Counted from the stretch's first letter, positions 10,418 to 21,167 are shown. The stretch is 64,000 nt of DNA from an uncultured Gammaproteobacteria bacterium (GCA_964394645.1 CAYMYC010000001.1:479359-543358), one strand, 5' to 3'. Notes: generated by a model from the letters alone, not told the origin. Program-made: numbers and translations.

Positions 10418-11827
10418 TTATATTTTTGGTTTTTCGTTTGAAAAATCTGTTTTATTTTCAAATTGGTGGGCAAATCTTAGGACAAGTTCCTCTGAAAATT
10501 GCTTTCCTATTATTTGAAGTCCTATGGGTAGCCCTGATTTTGTAAAACCAGATCTAATGTTTATTCCAGGAAGTCCTGCTATAGACGACGGTTCTACTAA
10601 TACATCCGCTAGTTCTCCAAACATGGATTGTCCTTTGCTTGCACCTACGGCAAGGGCAGGGGTAGGGCTAGTAGGTGCTACTATTACATCCACATCCTTA
10701 AACGCATTATCAAAATCTTGTACTATAATAGTTCTTACTTGTTGTGCTTTTTTGTAGAAAGCGTCATAGTATCCTGCAGATAATGTGTAGGTTCCTAGCA
10801 TGATTCTTCGTTTTGCTTCGTCTCCAAAAAAAGACCTGTCGGCTCCATAACGTATTCCGTCAAAACGGGCAAGGTTAGAAGACACTTCAGAGCGTTGGAT
10901 AATTGTATAAACTGCTATTGAATATTTAGGCGGGAAAAGTTTTATAGTTTTAACCTTTGCTCCCATCTTCTCAAATTGTTTTAGTGATTCTTTTACAGAT
11001 TGAGATACTTCATTGTCAACTCCATCAAAATAATCGTCTGAAACGCCTATGGTAAGACCAGATATAGATTCGTTTAGTTTGTCTGCTAGTTTAGGAAGTA
11101 CTTTGGTTGAAGTAGTTGCGTCTAGTGGATCGTGTCCGGCAAGTACATGAAGGATTAATGCGCTGTCTTCTACTGTTTTTGTCATTGGTCCGGGCGAATC
11201 CAATGAAGATCCCATTGCTATTACGCCATATCTACTAACTCTGCCGTATGTAGGTTTTAGTCCTACAATCCCGCACCAAGAGGCAGGTTGTCGTATAGAT
11301 CCTGCAGTTTCAGACCCAATAGAGGCTATTGCCTCATCTGCCGCTATGGCAGCGGCACTTCCACCTGAAGATCCCCCAGGCAAGTGAGCCGTATTCCACG
11401 GATTTTTTGTTGTACCGTAGTCCGAGGTTTCAGTAGACGAACCATGCGCCCATGCATCCATATTGGATTTTCCAATTATGACAATTCCTGCGTCTTTTAA
11501 TTTTCTTACGACAGTTGAATCAAATGGAGGGATATATGAATCAAGTAACCTACTAGATGCAGTAGTTTTAATGCCTTGTGTTGTAAAGTTATCCTTAATA
11601 ATAAATGGCACTCCTAGTAGCGGAAGGCTTACTCCTGATGAGAGTGCTTCATCCGCTTGTGCTGCTCTTTCAAGTGCTTCCTTTTCTGTTATTGTAACTA
11701 GTGCGTTTATTTTAGGTTCTACTTCTTTTATCCTATCTATGCATGCTTGAGTTACCTCAGTTGACGAAAATTTTTTTGCAGCAAGTCCACTTATAGTTTC
11801 CTTGAGAGTTAAAGATGATAAATTCAT
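10418..11827 (-). CDS. gatA: Asp/Glu-tRNA amidotransferase subunit A
   Basis: Amidase signature PGGSSGGSAAA, GSIRQPAS, KRRIMLGT. Confidence 0.97.
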   Translation of the reverse strand: MNLSSLTLKETISGLAAKKFSSTEVTQACIDRIKEVEPKINALVTITEKEALERAAQADEALSSGVSLPLLGVPFIIKDNFTTQGIKTTASSRLLDSYIPPFDSTVVRKLKDAGIVIIGKSNMDAWAHGSSTETSDYGTTKNPWNTAHLPGGSSGGSAAAIAADEAIASIGSETAGSIRQPASWCGIVGLKPTYGRVSRYGVIAMGSSLDSPGPMTKTVEDSALILHVLAGHDPLDATTSTKVLPKLADKLNESISGLTIGVSDDYFDGVDNEVSQSVKESLKQFEKMGAKVKTIKLFPPKYSIAVYTIIQRSEVSSNLARFDGIRYGADRSFFGDEAKRRIMLGTYTLSAGYYDAFYKKAQQVRTIIVQDFDNAFKDVDVIVAPTSPTPALAVGASKGQSMFGELADVLVEPSSIAGLPGINIRSGFTKSGLPIGLQIIGKQFSEELVLRFAHQFENKTDFSNEKPKI

Positions 11828-11828
11828 A

Positions 11829-12113
11829 TTAATTTTGTTCTAAAATTGCCTTCACTTTAAAAAACCCGTTATAAGTTGAATCTGTATTTTGTAAAGCCTG
11901 ATTTTGGGTAAGTGAAGGGGTTATAATATCTTCACGTAATACGTTTACAAGTCCTGTAACCTGTGAGGTAGGTTCTACATTTTCTGTTTTAATTTCTTCC
12001 AGACTTTGAATATAAGAAACGGTTTCTTCTAATTGGGACGCAAATTTTTTTTCATCTTCTGGAGAAAGAGGAAGGTTTGCAAGCTCTGCAACCCTTTTTA
12101 CATCAATTTTCAT
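11829..12113 (-). CDS. gatC: Asp/Glu-tRNA amidotransferase subunit C
   Basis: VKRVAELANL...NVLRED...GFFKV; precedes gatA. Confidence 0.92.
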   Translation of the reverse strand: MKIDVKRVAELANLPLSPEDEKKFASQLEETVSYIQSLEEIKTENVEPTSQVTGLVNVLREDIITPSLTQNQALQNTDSTYNGFFKVKAILEQN

Positions 12114-12178
12114 AAGCTCAATTATAGGTGTTTAAATTTCTATTCGCAATAAGCTTGATAGAGGGTTATAATAGCGGC

Positions 12179-12718
12179 ATGGTAATAGAAAGAACATTAG
12201 GAACACTTAGATGGGCAGAAGCGCAAGCAGAAAGAAGAACTTTGGAGCGTAAGATCCTTCACACATCTGGATTTGTACAGCTAGCAGAGTATATAGAGAG
12301 CGTGAGTCCACTTTCTAAAGTTAATATTTTTGACGGTTTAGTTGAAGCAAGAACTAAAAAGGAAGGACAGAAAACAAATATTATAAAAAATTCTGAGCCC
12401 CCGTATATCAAGATAAGTGGTCCTTTAGAAATAAATAAAGAGATCTCTACTGAAATTCTTGTTCAGGGAGATATGAGTATAGCCGTAATTTGCATGAAAA
12501 ATACTCCAGAGGTAGTGATACATACAACTAGAAGGGGGCAAGGGTTGAGTGGGCTAAATCCTGTTCAGGCTGATTTTAATGAGGTATTACCTTATTCAAA
12601 CGATATCTATGAGCATGTCGTTGATGTTATGAAAAATGTTAGTCTCTTTGGTAGTACTGACCCAGAGATCTATAATTTGCTGTATGACAAGGCTATAGAG
12701 CTATCTAAAGCGAGATAG
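12179..12718 (+). CDS. Hypothetical protein
   Basis: ORF; TATAAT 6 nt before ATG 12179 suggests a leaderless start. Confidence 0.6.
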   Translation: MVIERTLGTLRWAEAQAERRTLERKILHTSGFVQLAEYIESVSPLSKVNIFDGLVEARTKKEGQKTNIIKNSEPPYIKISGPLEINKEISTEILVQGDMSIAVICMKNTPEVVIHTTRRGQGLSGLNPVQADFNEVLPYSNDIYEHVVDVMKNVSLFGSTDPEIYNLLYDKAIELSKAR

Positions 12719-13441
12719 TATTGTATTTTTTGCCTTGTGCTCTAAGAAGTCATTCAGCTCTTTTAAATCTATTTTTTCATCGTATTTTCGCTCAAGTGCT
12801 TTTTGGATGAACCAGTCAGTAAGGGTCGGGTTTTTAGGCAAAATAGGTCCATGAAGGTATGTGCCTATGGAGTTTTTAAAAATAATCCCTTCTGTTTTAT
12901 CTGTTCCATTATTTCCAAATCCTTTGATAACAGTTCCAAATGCAGTCTGTGGGTCATCTAGGTATGTTCTTCCACCATGATTTTCAAACCCAACATATTT
13001 TTCTTTATTTTTCTCAATAATAATATTGCTAATCAGTCTTTTGTGTTTTTCTCCGGGATTTTCAGTGTAAGAAGGAAAGATCTCAAGTCCAGGCAACTTC
13101 TTACCCTCTGCTGTTTTATAATACCGTCCTAGGAACTGATATGCGCCGCAAATAAATAATCCAGGAACACTGTCACCAATTAATTTCCTAAGTGTGTTTC
13201 CCTTTCTCTCAAATAGATCCTTATTTACTATCTCTTGTTGTGTATCTTGTGCCCCACCCATAAAAAGAAGATCTACTTTTTTTAATGAATCAACGTTTGT
13301 TCCAATAGATATCTTTTCAAGGCTTATCTTTATATCACGCCATTCACATCTCCTGGTAAGTACAATTATATTTCCCCGATCTCCATAAGTACTCATAAGT
13401 TCTGGGTAGAGCCATCCAATAGTTAATGCATGTTTCTTCAT
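12701..13441 (-). CDS. gatD: CobQ-like glutamine amidotransferase (GatD, lipid II amidation)
   Basis: LYPELMSTYGDRGN, ICGAYQFLG, GFENHGG, TYLHGPILPKNP; coupled to murT. Confidence 0.9.
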   Translation of the reverse strand: MKKHALTIGWLYPELMSTYGDRGNIIVLTRRCEWRDIKISLEKISIGTNVDSLKKVDLLFMGGAQDTQQEIVNKDLFERKGNTLRKLIGDSVPGLFICGAYQFLGRYYKTAEGKKLPGLEIFPSYTENPGEKHKRLISNIIIEKNKEKYVGFENHGGRTYLDDPQTAFGTVIKGFGNNGTDKTEGIIFKNSIGTYLHGPILPKNPTLTDWFIQKALERKYDEKIDLKELNDFLEHKAKNTILSRFR

Positions 13442-14760
13442 AATATTGCCCGTCCTTTTAAATGTTTTCTGGTATCTAGCATGGCTGAGTAGGTGGCTAA
13501 GATATACAAAGTTTTGTCTTTGGGGATTTGATCTACCGCAAGATTTATTGCTTTGTTAAGATCTTCCTCAATTTTAAATTGTGAATTTGAAATTTGAATC
13601 CCTGAGGAGTATTTTATTCTTAATCCCATGTCAAAGCACCTGTCTCCTGAAATGGTTAAGTTCATGCATGTTTGGGCAAGTTCTTCAGTGTCGACGTCCC
13701 AAATCCAGGAAATATCTTGTCCGTCAGGAATACGGTCGTTTAAAACAAGCAGTACATTTGGGTTTTTTTCTTGTGTTAAAACTGCTTGAATTGATTGATT
13801 AAAACCTGTAGGGTTTTTAGATAACAGTAAAAATATATTTCTTCCGTTATATACAATTTTTTCTTGTCTCCCAAAAGCTGGCAGGAAATATTCAAGAGTT
13901 TTTTTAATTAATGTGCTGTCTGCCCCAAATCCTTTTTGGAGAAGTAGGGCGGCAGCATTAATGTTGTACTTATTATAAAGCCCAAATAAAGGGTTGGGTA
14001 GCTCTTCAAAAGTAGCTGTTATGCGGTGTTTGAAGTCACATTTTGGACAGGCATAAATTCCCATGTGCGAATAAGAGCGTTTTGAGTATATAAGTTCTTC
14101 TCCGCAATGTGGGCAAAAGATGAAGTCAACGTCATGTGGCGCTTCTCTTTTTGTCATATATCTTTCAGAAAGACCAAAATAAAATGAGTGAAGTGAGCAG
14201 TTTTCACCGATAAATCTCAGCATTGGATCATCACCATTTACAACAAGTATTGTTTTCTTCGGTAGTGTTTTTAAAGAGTTATTCCATTTTTTCGCGATAG
14301 AATTTACCTCTCCATACCTATCTAACTGATCTCTGAATACGTTGAGAAGGATGAGAAAAATGTCATTTTTAATAGTTGAGAGCTCAGAAATAACGAGGGG
14401 AAGGCTATTTTCGTCAACTTCAAATATTGCGACATCATAGTGAATAGTGCCGCTTATAGACATTTTTTTTAAAAGGGTAGAGGCAACACCATTTATGAGA
14501 TTTGCTCCCGTATCATTTCTGAAGACTTTTTTTCCCTGATTTGTTAGTGCTTCATGTAAAAGTTTTGCTGTGGTTGTTTTACCGTTTGTTCCTGCAACAA
14601 GAACTATATCTAGTTGTGGATTGAGTTGAAATATATTTTTTAGAAATTTTGAGTCAATTTTTAAAGCAACATGTCCTGGCCAAGTGGATCCTGCACCTCT
14701 TTTTGTAATTTCTGAAAGCTTAATGATAAATTTACCGGTAAAAATTGGAATTTGCTTCAT
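13438..14760 (-). CDS. murT: MurT-type Mur ligase (lipid II isoglutaminyl synthase)
   Basis: GTNGKTTT, RDQLDRYGE, Cys4 zinc finger, KNPTG, DGQDISWIWD, TYSAML. Confidence 0.92.
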   Translation of the reverse strand: MKQIPIFTGKFIIKLSEITKRGAGSTWPGHVALKIDSKFLKNIFQLNPQLDIVLVAGTNGKTTTAKLLHEALTNQGKKVFRNDTGANLINGVASTLLKKMSISGTIHYDVAIFEVDENSLPLVISELSTIKNDIFLILLNVFRDQLDRYGEVNSIAKKWNNSLKTLPKKTILVVNGDDPMLRFIGENCSLHSFYFGLSERYMTKREAPHDVDFIFCPHCGEELIYSKRSYSHMGIYACPKCDFKHRITATFEELPNPLFGLYNKYNINAAALLLQKGFGADSTLIKKTLEYFLPAFGRQEKIVYNGRNIFLLLSKNPTGFNQSIQAVLTQEKNPNVLLVLNDRIPDGQDISWIWDVDTEELAQTCMNLTISGDRCFDMGLRIKYSSGIQISNSQFKIEEDLNKAINLAVDQIPKDKTLYILATYSAMLDTRKHLKGRAIL

Positions 14761-14821
14761 GTCATTATTATACTCGGTAAATTGCGTATTTCTAATATCT
14801 AATTTAAGGTGATATTTCTTC

Positions 14822-15733
14822 CTACATTTCTCTGAGTATTTTTACACGTTCCATAACAGGTGGGTGTGTGGAGAATAGACCAATAAACCAGGATGTTTTG
14901 TGTTTTGTATCGTTTTTAAACGGGCTCTCAAAGTAAAGGTGGGCAGTTGCAGGGGATGCGTGTTTGAGTGCGTGTTTGTCATTTGCTATTTTCTCAAGAG
15001 CAGATGCTAACCCTTCTGGATAGCGGGTTATAAGAGCTCCATCAGCATCAGCAAGAAATTCACGTTTTCTTGAAACCGCAAGTTGTATAAGTGTTGCAAT
15101 AATTGGTGCAAGAATTGCCATGATAATTGCTAATATCATAAAAATACCGTTTGCACGACTGTCTCCTCGATCGCTATCCCTACCTCTAAACGAGCTAAAA
15201 AACATACTTCTAAAAAATACATCTGAAAGAATGGCAAGAGAACCGACTAGTATTGCTACTATAGCCATAAGTCGCGTATCATAATTTTTAACATGTGACA
15301 ACTCATGGGCAAGAACTCCCTCTAATTCAGATTTTTTAAGGAGTAAAAGTAGTCCTGTTGTTGCAGCGATTGCTGCGTGTTTGGGGCTTCTTCCCGTTGC
15401 AAACGCGTTTGGTGCGGGATCATTTATTACATATACTTTGGGCATTGGTAGTCCAGTTGCTATACTTAAATTCTCAATTGATAGATATAAATCCTTGTAC
15501 TCTTCTCTGGTTGCGGGTTTCGCACCAGACATAGATAGTATTAGTTTGTCTGAATAATAGTATGAGGAAAAAGAAATAAGTCCAGAGATAACGAGCATGA
15601 TGCCTGCAAATGAAAGTCCGTATCCCATTGCGCGTCCAAGTATGTAGGACACTAAAAAGAAAAACAAGATAAAACATAGCATGATAAGAACTGTTTTTCT
15701 TTTGTTAGAGCCGATGTTTCCGCGAATTGACAT
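14822..15733 (-). CDS. htpX: HtpX-family M48 zinc metalloprotease
   Basis: PNAFATGR, AHELSH, SRKREFLAD, STHPP. Confidence 0.93.
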   Translation of the reverse strand: MSIRGNIGSNKRKTVLIMLCFILFFFLVSYILGRAMGYGLSFAGIMLVISGLISFSSYYYSDKLILSMSGAKPATREEYKDLYLSIENLSIATGLPMPKVYVINDPAPNAFATGRSPKHAAIAATTGLLLLLKKSELEGVLAHELSHVKNYDTRLMAIVAILVGSLAILSDVFFRSMFFSSFRGRDSDRGDSRANGIFMILAIIMAILAPIIATLIQLAVSRKREFLADADGALITRYPEGLASALEKIANDKHALKHASPATAHLYFESPFKNDTKHKTSWFIGLFSTHPPVMERVKILREM

Positions 15734-15764
15734 ATAACTGTATTAAAAAGCGAAATGGAGAGGG

Positions 15765-16319
15765 TTAAAATGAAACTTTTACTTCTTTTTTTGCGGCTTC
15801 TTCTGCCTCAAAAAATTCTTTTTCAGTAAATTTAAAGCGCGTGGCTATTAGATTTGCTGGGAATGTTTGAATTTTTGCATTGTAGTCCAAAACGTTTGAG
15901 TTGTAAAATTGTCTAGAGTAAGATATTTTGTTTTCAGTATCTGTTAATTCTTCTTGAAGGTGCTTAAAATTATCTGACGCCTTTAGATCTGGATATGCCT
16001 CTGCAACAGCAAAAAGAGATTTTAGCGCGCCTGTGAGCATGTCTTCAGCAGCCGCCTTTTCTTTTAAGGATCCAGCGCCCATCATGGCACTTCTTGCCTT
16101 TGTCACGCTTTCAAAAACTGTTTTTTCGTGTTTTGCATAGCCTTTTACTGTTTCGACAAGATTTGGAATAAGATCTGCGCGACGTTTAAGTTGAACATCA
16201 ATTGAAGAAAGTGCTTCTTTTATTCTTTCACGAAGGACAATAAGAGAGTTATAGGTAAGCCACAAATAGAAAATAATGCCGACAACTACAATAAGAAATA
16301 CAGCTATATATACACCCAT
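15765..16319 (-). CDS. lemA: LemA family protein
   Basis: [35 protein letters not shown]; start moved to ATG 16319. Confidence 0.95.
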   Translation of the reverse strand: MGVYIAVFLIVVVGIIFYLWLTYNSLIVLRERIKEALSSIDVQLKRRADLIPNLVETVKGYAKHEKTVFESVTKARSAMMGAGSLKEKAAAEDMLTGALKSLFAVAEAYPDLKASDNFKHLQEELTDTENKISYSRQFYNSNVLDYNAKIQTFPANLIATRFKFTEKEFFEAEEAAKKEVKVSF

Positions 16320-16368
16320 TCGTACATTTTGGCACAACACACGCTAGTTGTCAAGGAAGCCAGTGGGG

Positions 16369-18141
16369 TTATGATCTTAGCCACTGAGCAAAGTTTTCAA
16401 AATTCCATGAATTAATTACGTCTTTTTTTGTGCACCATCCGCGTCTTGCTACAGAAACGCCGTAAAACATGTTATCCATGTGGGATAGAGCATGACTGTC
16501 TGTATTAATTATAAATTTTACATTTTGGTCTTTTGCTTCTTTTACCAAGCTATCGGTCAAATCAAGACGTTCTGGCCACGCGTTAATTTCTAGTGCTTTG
16601 TTGTTTTTTGCAGCATATGAAAAAAGCTCACTCCAATGTAGCTCATATCCCGTCCTTGTGTTCAGTAGCCTTCCCGTGGGGTGAGCAAGAATTTTTGCTT
16701 TCGGATGCTCGAGTCCTTTTATAACTCTTTCCGTCATTTTATCAATTGGTGTTTTAAAAGAACTATGAATTGATACAATCGCTGCGTCAAGGTACTCAAA
16801 AGCCTTATCATCTAACGCAAGATCTCCCGAAGCTAAAATGTCAACTTCAAGCAAATTTACTATACGAATACTATTTTTGTACGTTAACTTTAGTTTATCA
16901 ATTTTATCTTTCCTTCTCTTTAATATTTCGTATATTTCATTTTTGCTGTGATTCATAACGCTTGGGTTATGTTCCGAGAAGGCAAAGTAGGTATACCTAA
17001 GTTTAATTGCACGTTCTAGCATGACTTCCATAGACACATTCCCATAGTCATGACTTGATTCGATCGGATAATTTGAGTGTATATGTAAATCTCCTTGTAT
17101 ATCAGAAAGCTTTACGAGATTTGGTAAGTCATGGTTTATTGCCTTCTCAATCTCCCCTTGGTTTTCTCGGATTTCAGGAGGAATCCAGTCCATGCCCAAG
17201 TATTTATAAAATTTTTCCTCAGTTTTAAATTCAATTAGCTCGTTTTCTCTATTTTGTAGTTTTATTCCTCTTTCAGAAAGTGAAAAACCTTTTTTTAGTG
17301 CATACTCACGTAGGGCAACGTTGTGGTTTTTACTGCCAGTAAAGTGCTGTAAGAGTGAGCCATATTGATTGGGTGGTAACACAAGAAGGTCTACATGTTT
17401 TCCTCCCCCTATTAGGAGCGATGCAGTAGTTGGTCCCCTTTCTATTACCCGTTCTTGTCCTGGAAATGATATAAAATGTTTTATTACGTTTTCTGATTCG
17501 TTTGTGGTTACAGCAATATCTATATCTCCAACAGTTGAAACCATCCGTCTGAGGCTACCTAATGGTTGAATGTCAATTATATTTTTATTTTGCTTCATAA
17601 ATGAGATTACGGCTTGAGCGTGTCCAAAAGCAAGTGGGAGCACCATTCTTCCTGTTTTAGTAGTGCCATTATTATATTCATCTATTGCCCGTAAAATATC
17701 TGTTTGAGATTTTTCTCCGAAGCCATCCAATTCAGCGATTCTATTGTTTTGTGCAAGTTGGTATATTTCTTTTATAACTTTTTTTGGATCATGAAGTTTA
17801 AAATGAGAAACTAATTTATACGCTTTTTTAGGACCAAATGAGGGAATATCTAAAAGTGGAAAAACGGCAGGGGATATATCAGACAACAGTGTGTCATAGT
17901 GTTCTACGTGACCAGTTTCAAATAGCTCTACAAGTCGTTCGCTAATGGTTTTTCCTATGCCATCTATGTTTTGTAGGTTGCCTTGTTTTTTATAAAGGGT
18001 ACTAAGCTCTGTGTTTGCACGCTCAACAGCGTCAGCTGCTTTCTGGTATGCGATAATTTGAAACTTATACTTTTTTTCGTCTTGTATGGTATAGGCAGCA
18101 GCTACTTTTTTAAAGAGATGGACAATTTCCTTATTCGACAT
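16369..18141 (-). CDS. polX: DNA polymerase X with PHP domain
   Basis: HhH motifs, GSLRR, GDIDI, HFTGSKNHN, C-terminal PHP (DLHIHS, LAHPTGR, NTDSH). Confidence 0.94.
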   Translation of the reverse strand: MSNKEIVHLFKKVAAAYTIQDEKKYKFQIIAYQKAADAVERANTELSTLYKKQGNLQNIDGIGKTISERLVELFETGHVEHYDTLLSDISPAVFPLLDIPSFGPKKAYKLVSHFKLHDPKKVIKEIYQLAQNNRIAELDGFGEKSQTDILRAIDEYNNGTTKTGRMVLPLAFGHAQAVISFMKQNKNIIDIQPLGSLRRMVSTVGDIDIAVTTNESENVIKHFISFPGQERVIERGPTTASLLIGGGKHVDLLVLPPNQYGSLLQHFTGSKNHNVALREYALKKGFSLSERGIKLQNRENELIEFKTEEKFYKYLGMDWIPPEIRENQGEIEKAINHDLPNLVKLSDIQGDLHIHSNYPIESSHDYGNVSMEVMLERAIKLRYTYFAFSEHNPSVMNHSKNEIYEILKRRKDKIDKLKLTYKNSIRIVNLLEVDILASGDLALDDKAFEYLDAAIVSIHSSFKTPIDKMTERVIKGLEHPKAKILAHPTGRLLNTRTGYELHWSELFSYAAKNNKALEINAWPERLDLTDSLVKEAKDQNVKFIINTDSHALSHMDNMFYGVSVARRGWCTKKDVINSWNFENFAQWLRS

Positions 18142-18253
18142 ATGTAACTTCACTTAGGTTATATTAGCAAAGCGTTGACCTTCACGCAAGAATTTAATAC
18201 AATACGAATATCCAATTTAAATTTTAGTCTTATTGACTGATAAAATTTACTTT

Positions 18254-18327
18254 GGGGGCGTAGCTCAGTTGGTTAGAGCGCCTCCCTGTCACGGAGGAGG
18301 TCGCGGGTTCGAGTCCCGTCGCTCCCG
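18254..18327 (+). tRNA. tRNA-Asp(GUC)
   Basis: Cloverleaf GGGGGCG/CGCTCCC, anticodon loop CTGTCAC, TTCGAGT. Confidence 0.97.
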
Positions 18328-18416
18328 CATTAGAGAAATCCATATTGATTTTTAAAAAAAACATAGTATAGTACAAAGACGATCGAGTCTGTCCACGTTT
18401 CTGCCCCAATTTTTAT

Positions 18417-19103
18417 ATGTCTAAAAAAACCAAAAAAGACGAAGCTAAACCAATGTCTAAAAAAAGAGAAGTTCTTACTACTTCAGACTCTTATAAAAGT
18501 CTCTTATATGGGGTTGTCACTGTAATCATATTATTTATCATAGGATTTGGTACTGTTAAGCTATTAATAAATAGACCTACTCCCGCGATAGATGATCACG
18601 CAGTAAGCATCAGTAATATTACCCCAATCCCCACAGAGGAACAGGCAGGAGAGCTATATCTTCCTGATGCGCCTAAGGGTATAGGGGAGAAAACACATAT
18701 TGTTTCTGAGGATGAGTCTTTGTGGCAGATTGCTGAAAAAGAATATAATGATGGCTATAAGTGGGTGGAGATAGCACGCGCAAACAATATTTCAGACCCG
18801 AGCATTATTTTTAAAGGAGACAGGCTTAGACTTCCGAAGCTAGCGACTGCAAAGACTGAGATCAGCCCTGATATGAAGTCTGATATAAAAGCCGAACAGA
18901 ATATGAGCAGTAAGGATGCAGATGTTTCTAAAAAAACTGACATGAAAGACGATACCTATACAATAAAGGCAGGAGACGATTTATGGGATATTGCGGAGCG
19001 AGTATATAATGATGGCTATAAGTGGGTGGAGATAGCACGAGCAAACAATATTTCAGACCCTAACCTCATTCACGTAGACAACGTTCTCAAATTGCCTAGA
19101 TGA
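18417..19103 (+). CDS. Membrane-anchored protein with two LysM domains
   Basis: N-terminal TM; HIVSEDESLWQIAEKEY..W.EIARANNI and YTIKAGDDLWDIAERVY..W.EIARANNI. Confidence 0.9.
   Translation: MSKKTKKDEAKPMSKKREVLTTSDSYKSLLYGVVTVIILFIIGFGTVKLLINRPTPAIDDHAVSISNITPIPTEEQAGELYLPDAPKGIGEKTHIVSEDESLWQIAEKEYNDGYKWVEIARANNISDPSIIFKGDRLRLPKLATAKTEISPDMKSDIKAEQNMSSKDADVSKKTDMKDDTYTIKAGDDLWDIAERVYNDGYKWVEIARANNISDPNLIHVDNVLKLPR
18743..19060 (+). repeat. 57-bp near-identical direct repeat inside LysM gene (18743-18799 and 19004-19060)
   Basis: ATATAATGATGGCTATAAGTGGGTGGAGATAGCACG(C/A)GCAAACAATATTTCAGACCC, one mismatch. Confidence 0.9.
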
Positions 19104-19125
19104 TCTGATATAATCAAGAAAATCT

Positions 19126-19197
19126 GCGGCGGTAATTCACCGGTAGAATGTCTCCTTCCCAAGGAGAATGTAGAGGGTTCGACTCCCTTTCGCCGCT
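19126..19197 (+). tRNA. tRNA-Gly(CCC)
   Basis: GCGGCGG/TCGCCGC acceptor, anticodon loop TTCCCAA, TTCGACT. Confidence 0.94.
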
Positions 19198-19270
19198 CAC
19201 ATTCATCTGTTTTTTACGAATCTTTCAATGAGCTTTTTTACCTCTGCGATAATTAATGTATAATCTCCAC

Positions 19271-20353
19271 ATGGAGAAGAATCCTCGATCGTTTAGGTCA
19301 GAACATAACCTTTATAATAAATTTTATAAAATACTTCCAACCATAGATTATCTGACTGATCATCTACTAGAAGTACAAGATGCTACACAAAGAGTGTGGC
19401 TTCAAACTATGGCTTTAGAATCAGGTCACTTCACCAACTTGCTAACTCAACATCTTATTGCTGCAGCGAAACGGGGAGTGGATGTTAGAGTTTCATATGA
19501 CGCATATTCCACGTTCGTGACAGATAACAGATTCAATCACCTCCCTGCGCTTAATCGAGAACAGCGAGAGCATCAGCGATTTGTTCGTAGGAATCAGTTA
19601 GACATGATACAGTCTCTAAAAGAATGTTGTGCAGTTGTTCAAACAAATTATCCTATGGGAATTTCAAACATACTCCCTTTCAGGGGTGTTAGGGGAAGGG
19701 ATCACAAAAAGATTTCTATTGTGGACGATGTTGCATACATAGGGGGTGTTAACATGGCACCTTTAGATGCTCAACGTACCGATTTTATGTTAAAGACAAA
19801 CGACGTTGCTTTGACTGACAAGCTATCTCTTATTTTTCTCCAGTCTTTTCATGGGATGTTTGTATCCAATAGTTTGATTGCAGTCAATGACGAGCATACA
19901 CTGTTAATCGATCAGGGGAAGCGGGGAGAATCTATTGTAATGAGAAAAACATATGATTTAGTCAATGAAGAGGATGAGAGTATAATATTAATTTCGCCTT
20001 TTTTACCTTCCGGCATGCTTAGGAAAGCTCTTAATTCGGCTAGTGACCGAGGAGTTGATGTACAAATAATTACGTCCCCGAAGAAATTGTCCGGTTTTAC
20101 TCCCCGAATATCCCAAATGGTACATAATTTCAGACAAGTTTTTCCAAGATTCGAAATTTTTAGGTATACAGATGTGGTGCATGCAAAAGCATTGCTCATA
20201 GGGAGTAAGGCAGCCATAATTGGTTCTCATAATTTTGACGAGCTATTTGTAAGACTAGGTACTGAAGAGATCTCGCTACTTACTAGTAATCCAGAAATCA
20301 TTTCTCAACTTGCAGAATTGGCAACAACAATGAGGCAGGCATCTAAAAAGTAA
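19271..20353 (+). CDS. Phospholipase D / cardiolipin synthase-like protein
   Basis: Two HKD-type motifs: DHKKISIVD..IGGVN and VHAKALLIG..IGSHN; AAKRGVDVR; likely start 19271 after TATAAT. Confidence 0.88.
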   Translation: MEKNPRSFRSEHNLYNKFYKILPTIDYLTDHLLEVQDATQRVWLQTMALESGHFTNLLTQHLIAAAKRGVDVRVSYDAYSTFVTDNRFNHLPALNREQREHQRFVRRNQLDMIQSLKECCAVVQTNYPMGISNILPFRGVRGRDHKKISIVDDVAYIGGVNMAPLDAQRTDFMLKTNDVALTDKLSLIFLQSFHGMFVSNSLIAVNDEHTLLIDQGKRGESIVMRKTYDLVNEEDESIILISPFLPSGMLRKALNSASDRGVDVQIITSPKKLSGFTPRISQMVHNFRQVFPRFEIFRYTDVVHAKALLIGSKAAIIGSHNFDELFVRLGTEEISLLTSNPEIISQLAELATTMRQASKK

Positions 20354-20385
20354 ATATGAAAGAACAACGAGGCTATATTCCGTTT

Positions 20386-21159
20386 ATGGAAAAACATCCA
20401 CATAGTAAAAATGTTCAGGGTAGCTATAAAAAGGCAGATTTACATTTGCATACAAATCGAACTGATGGTACTCTCACGCCACAAAAGGTTGTAGATAAAG
20501 CACTTGCTGTAGGTCTAGATGCTATAGCAATTACTGATCACAATACAATTGTGTCCTCTGAAATCGCATTTGATTACGTTCAACAAAAAGGACTTCAATT
20601 AGAAGTCGTAAAGGGCATTGAGGTTTCTTCACGAGACGGACATGTATTAGCTTTAGGCATGTCTTGCGATGTTGAAAGAGGCAGATCACTTGAAGATACA
20701 ATACGAGACATACATAGACAAAATGGTTTGGTTATAATACCTCACCCAGATCTCAAGGGTGCATCTTCGGTTCATTTAGGTCTACTACATGAATTATTGG
20801 GAAGTAAAGATATCGACTTATATTTAGATGGTATAGAGGTAGTAAATGGTTCAGAATTGATGATGCGAAGATTTGATAAACTGGGTATAATTGCTAGAAG
20901 AGATGATTCTAGAATAAGACAATTTTTAAATTTACACGAGGAAAACCCTAAAATGGGTAGTTTAGTAGGCAATACAGATGCACATACAAAAAATGTAGGA
21001 TTTGGTATTAGTCTCTACAGCAGTGAAAGTGTTCTTAGCGCATTACGCAATAAAGCTACTGTGCCGATGCAGACTACCACAACAATTTTAGAGGACCTGG
21101 GTCAATCTTTGAGGATGGCATATTCGGTTATAACGAGCCATTTAAGTGGAAGAATATAG
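20386..21159 (+). CDS. PHP-domain metal-dependent phosphoesterase
   Basis: DLHLHT..DG, IAITDHN, GIEVSS..GHVL, IPHP, NTDAH; start 20356 or 20386. Confidence 0.88.
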   Translation: MEKHPHSKNVQGSYKKADLHLHTNRTDGTLTPQKVVDKALAVGLDAIAITDHNTIVSSEIAFDYVQQKGLQLEVVKGIEVSSRDGHVLALGMSCDVERGRSLEDTIRDIHRQNGLVIIPHPDLKGASSVHLGLLHELLGSKDIDLYLDGIEVVNGSELMMRRFDKLGIIARRDDSRIRQFLNLHEENPKMGSLVGNTDAHTKNVGFGISLYSSESVLSALRNKATVPMQTTTTILEDLGQSLRMAYSVITSHLSGRI

Positions 21160-21167
21160 CAATTATT

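Noticed and set aside
18743-19060. LysM repeat as a diversity-generating retroelement TR/VR pair
   Set aside because: Only one mismatch, both copies are coding, and there is no reverse transcriptase in the window.
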